Assembly: GCF_001949145.1 (NCBI RefSeq) | Contig: NW_019091401.1 | Coordinates: forward strand, 62,001 to 124,000 | Length of the DNA: 62,000 nucleotides | From: Acanthaster planci | Lineage: Eukaryota | Reading direction: 5' to 3' | Shown: piece by piece, positions 59,901-62,000 of the stretch | Position numbering within the stretch: position 1 is the stretch's first letter | Layout: each line of letters opens with the position of its first letter | The notes under the pieces: model-generated | What the model was told of the DNA's origin: nothing | Seen by the model: only the letters and a program-made list of their open reading frames with translations | Databases searched by the model: none | Translations under genes and position numbers: made by a program

Positions 59901-62000
59901 CATGTACACTGTAGGCCTACCGTACATGTACAGTGAGTGTATGATAAACTTCTCAAGTCTGATTGTACAAAAGCTGGCAAGTACGAGGCATTGACAAGGA
60001 TATATCCACCTTGTCTTCTGTCTACTGTATGCAACATTCAACCAACCTGACTAGTAAAATGTTTGCATCATCTCCATGTACCAGATCCAATCATGATGCG
60101 TTCTCCACTGTACCTGTCCAGGTACAGGAACATACATGTACCATGCATAGGGCTACACTGTAAATTTCACATGTTTGCAATGTACATGTGTACATTGATA
60201 ACAAATCAATTGTTCTTTCAATAGCCAACTGTTACATGTAGAGACCTCAAAACTGAGTTCCTTTGCTGTGCCTGCACCTACCAGTATGTTGGGTGCAATT
60301 GGCTAATTTTGATCACCTGATCACGCTGTTCCATGGGCCAATCGCANNNNNNNNNNNNNNNNNNNNNNNNNNNNNNNNNNNNNNNNNNNNNNNNNNNNNN
60401 NNNNNNNNNNNNNNNNNNNNNNNNNNNNNNGTGAACAAATCAACGTATCCACTGGTCTGTTGACTACAACTACCAGAGCTCAGACATTAAATGTACACAA
60501 ATCCACATTAAGATCTGACCACTTCTTCAACTCCTGGCAGAATCAGTGGAGGTCATTCAGATTTAAGTAGTTGGCTATCCAGCATGGACAACTGGCAGCA
60601 GAAGGGGGGATAGGGAGGCCACTGTCCCCCTCCCACTTTTTGGACAGTTCTCCTACTTTTAGCAGGTCCTTTGATGGCTGATGCCTGATGGTTTCTTACA
60701 TCCCCCCTTCCCACTTTGAAAATAATTACACCGCCGTTGACATGGACCTCTTTCTCTAGTTTTACGGTATCCACAACTCCTTACTGGGTTGAGATCAGAA
60801 GTTTGGGAAGGGTGATCCACAACCTTAATCATAAATTGCCCTTGAGCCATTTTCAAACTACATGTACTTCAACATCTTGCTGAAGCACACATCACCAGTA
60901 CCTGTAAAAGATGACACCTTATGGCAAATGGCATACAATTCTGCTGGAGAATTTTCAGGTGATCTTTCTTCATGATTCTATTGTAACTGAAGAACACTTT
61001 ATAGCAAATTAAATGGAAACGCTGCCCCTAGGGTGGGAAATTCTGTCACTTTAAAAGTAGCAACAATTCCCAGGTCTCTAGTGAAGCAGCCTGGGGAGGA
61101 GGCAGGGGTGGGGATACAGTTGATAACCCCTGGTGTTTCTTGTTTCAAAATGCAACAAGAATCAACAATTCACTGAATCCACAAAAGGGAATAAAAGATT
61201 TGTGGATTCACTACTCACTAGTTTAAAAAAGGAAAACTTGTCACATTCATTCGGCCTACGTACCTTGACCTGTTTGTATTTCTTCTTTGGGGCACAGTTC
61301 AAATCTTCATGTACTTTGTCCAGAAGCCAGATGAGAAACTCTTGTGCATCATGTTGGTCATTCCCACGGAACTGACCACTGTACTTGGACACAATGCGCT
61401 TGAATTCCGTGGTGTGCTGGGGCAGATACTGGCATGACCACACCGATTTCATCAGCAAAGCCAGCTGTTCGGTGACCTCCCCTCTAGTTCCAAACTTCTT
61501 GTTGTTTTTCTTGCTCCGACGCATGTCTTGGTGGTACTGCTCCAGGACAAAGTACTCAGCCAGCATGTCGGTGTTGCTGAGGCACTGGACGATGGCATTC
61601 ATGAAGCACGTGTTGCCATGGTTCTGCAGCCCAGAGAGGCCGGGGACTTTGCCATTCAGCCGAACAGGGTTGGAGTTCACAGGCGACAAATGCACACCAT
61701 GATTCATATTCAAGTTATCCAAGTCATCGTTTGTGTGAACACTTCTTGAGTCCTCACCAGAGTTTTGAGAATCGTCCATGCTTCGTATCTGCCTCATCAT
61801 TTTCTGGATCAAGCTGCCAAAAGCTCGGAATGAAGGTTTACGGGATTTTTTCTTATGGGGGCTCATCGAGTTACTTGTGGAGATACTGCCATGGCTTCCT
61901 AAACTGTGCTGCTGGGGCGAAGAGAAACTGGACGTATTTGAAATCGGCGAGAGGGACCTCGCATTGTCAATCGAGACTCGCAAGTCGGGGCTGTTAATGT
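29782..62000 (-). CDS. USP31: Ubiquitin carboxyl-terminal hydrolase USP31/USP43-like (peptidase C19), multi-exon gene, start codon beyond the window end
   Basis: Exons in transcript order: 61264-62000 (open to the edge), 52200-52532, 43575-43813, 41549-41660, 37369-37469, 36454-36534, 34375-34504, 33842-33961, 32455-32695, 30860-31246, 29782-29924(TGA). Phases are consistent. Cys box GLQNHGNTCFMNA, QHDAQEF, CPHC and CPFC zinc ligands, His box HIGSMQGGHYTAY, WYNFDDS. Subfamily-like motifs GGPAHIKAVVEW, WSPW, DHW, RPFVRG. Confidence 0.9.
30860..31246 (-). CDS. USP31: USP31-like exon (AYCRNP..WYNFDDS..AYILFY, Ser and Gln tracts)
   Basis: ctcccag acceptor, G|gtgggt donor, phase 1/1. Reading past the donor stops at 30840. 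Confidence 0.88.
31946..32252. mobile_element. MITE
   Basis: Imperfect TIRs ggggccaattcatagagct / agctctttgaaattgggtcc. Confidence 0.5.
32455..32695 (-). CDS. USP31: USP31-like exon with His box (YDLYAVCNHIGSMQGGHYT)
   Basis: ttgcag acceptor, G|gtttgt donor, phase 0/1. Confidence 0.93.
33842..33961 (-). CDS. USP31: USP31-like exon (LGPDNAWSCPFC...HLKRFKQ)
   Basis: tgacag acceptor, CAG|gttaga donor, LPDILVIHLKRF motif. Confidence 0.93.
34375..34504 (-). CDS. USP31: USP31-like exon (FSQKVL...SLADCMDLYTQEEK)
   Basis: tcgcag acceptor gives the required phase 2, AAG|gtaggt donor. Confidence 0.85.
35270..35445 (-). repeat. Dispersed repeat, inverted partner at 53350-53525
   Basis: Shared blocks tttgtgt(t/c)tcagttaacc, tattcatg, ttggtttgt(g/a)cacaaaa. 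Both spurious ORFs begin MRLCVSVNLI. Confidence 0.65.
36454..36534 (-). CDS. USP31: USP31-like exon (LLQATAEEGGPAHIKAVVEWEHDIRF)
   Basis: tcccag acceptor, AC|gtaagt donor, phase 2/2. Confidence 0.85.
37369..37469 (-). CDS. USP31: USP31-like exon (GPLLRVGVV...RPLHNTVITR)
   Basis: ctcccag acceptor, AG|gtaaat donor, phase 0/2. Not in the ORF track. Confidence 0.8.
38738..38981. repeat. 56-bp minisatellite containing the 18-bp palindrome AATAGAGATATCTCTATT
   Basis: Units start at 38738, 38794 and onward, at least 4 copies before the N gap. Confidence 0.9.
38982..39676. other. Assembly gap inside the tandem array
   Basis: N run. Confidence 1.
40351..40415 (+). mobile_element. Degenerate tRNA-derived SINE head
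   Basis: A-box-like tggtggagggg and B-box-like gattcaagtcc at tRNA-like spacing. Confidence 0.35.
41549..41660 (-). CDS. USP31: USP31-like exon (FGHPIAIEV...VLTK)
   Basis: ttgcag acceptor, AAG|gtacac donor, phase 2/0, RFGxP motif. Confidence 0.85.
43575..43813 (-). CDS. USP31: USP31-like exon (IVLTEVYFDGFYRSY...TGRR)
   Basis: gtgcag acceptor, AG|gtaaga donor, phase 0/2. Confidence 0.88.
47056..47416. mobile_element. hAT-like MITE
   Basis: TIRs caggggtcgaaattaa / ttaattttgacccctg, TSD not recognisable. Confidence 0.65.
48677..49239. mobile_element. Probable MITE with GAATC/GATTC subterminal repeats
   Basis: Many gaatc/gattc motifs in both orientations, imperfect TAG..CTA termini. Confidence 0.4.
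50881..51891. mobile_element. ~1-kb non-autonomous hAT-like DNA transposon
   Basis: TIRs aggcctcaaattt / aaattcgaggcct. 8-nt flanks acaattgt / gcaattgt. Subterminal tggca/tgcc repeats. Confidence 0.7.
52200..52532 (-). CDS. USP31: USP31-like exon (NRHNK...SFIHDLFQAQLRSSLTCPHC...VTR)
   Basis: ctacag acceptor, AGG|gtaagc donor, phase 0/0. Confidence 0.93.
53607..54050. mobile_element. Third, diverged copy of the piggyBac-type MITE family
   Basis: Shares ctgccggg, ttacacccac, ctaatctgacag, gagtatttcagcc, agagcccaga and aaacagtggtat blocks with 25784-26315. Confidence 0.65.
60347..60430. other. Assembly gap
   Basis: N run. Confidence 1.
61264..62000 (-). CDS. USP31: USP31-like exon with Cys box (5'-partial)
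   Basis: Frame open to the window edge (the ORF-track start is TTG), GNTCFMN and QHDAQEF motifs, AAG|gtacgt donor. Confidence 0.93.

Noticed and set aside
40394..60163. Numerous ORFs rich in YM/TC/VH dipeptides
   Set aside because: Translations of (TACATG)n microsatellite-rich intron DNA.

Overview
AT-rich eukaryotic (metazoan, probably marine invertebrate) genomic DNA with three assembly gaps and two convergent, multi-exon genes, both truncated at their 5' ends by the window edges. On the + strand (891-15897) is a QRICH2/C16orf96-like DUF4795 coiled-coil gene: 20 exons reconstructed with GT-AG boundaries and consistent phases, four of them possibly alternative. On the - strand (62000 down to 29782) is a USP31/USP43-like ubiquitin-specific protease gene with 11 exons, intact Cys and His boxes and a C-terminal ESCV. 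Between and within the genes lie a decayed RTE-X-like LINE with nested insertions, a piggyBac-type MITE family (3 copies), several hAT-like and foldback MITEs, and a TIR element carrying a palindromic 56-bp tandem array. TACATGTA is strongly enriched in the USP introns. The two most unusual items are (i) a ~500-bp Penelope-type insertion with a hammerhead ribozyme core, an inverted tail and a 12-bp TSD (18344-18864) and (ii) a ~310-bp unit bounded by direct repeats that carries a full cloverleaf pseudo-tRNA at its 3' end (8738-9068). There are no CRISPR arrays, rRNA or prokaryotic systems. Most ORFs in the supplied track are spurious or are exons extended into introns. All calls were made by eye without database searches.
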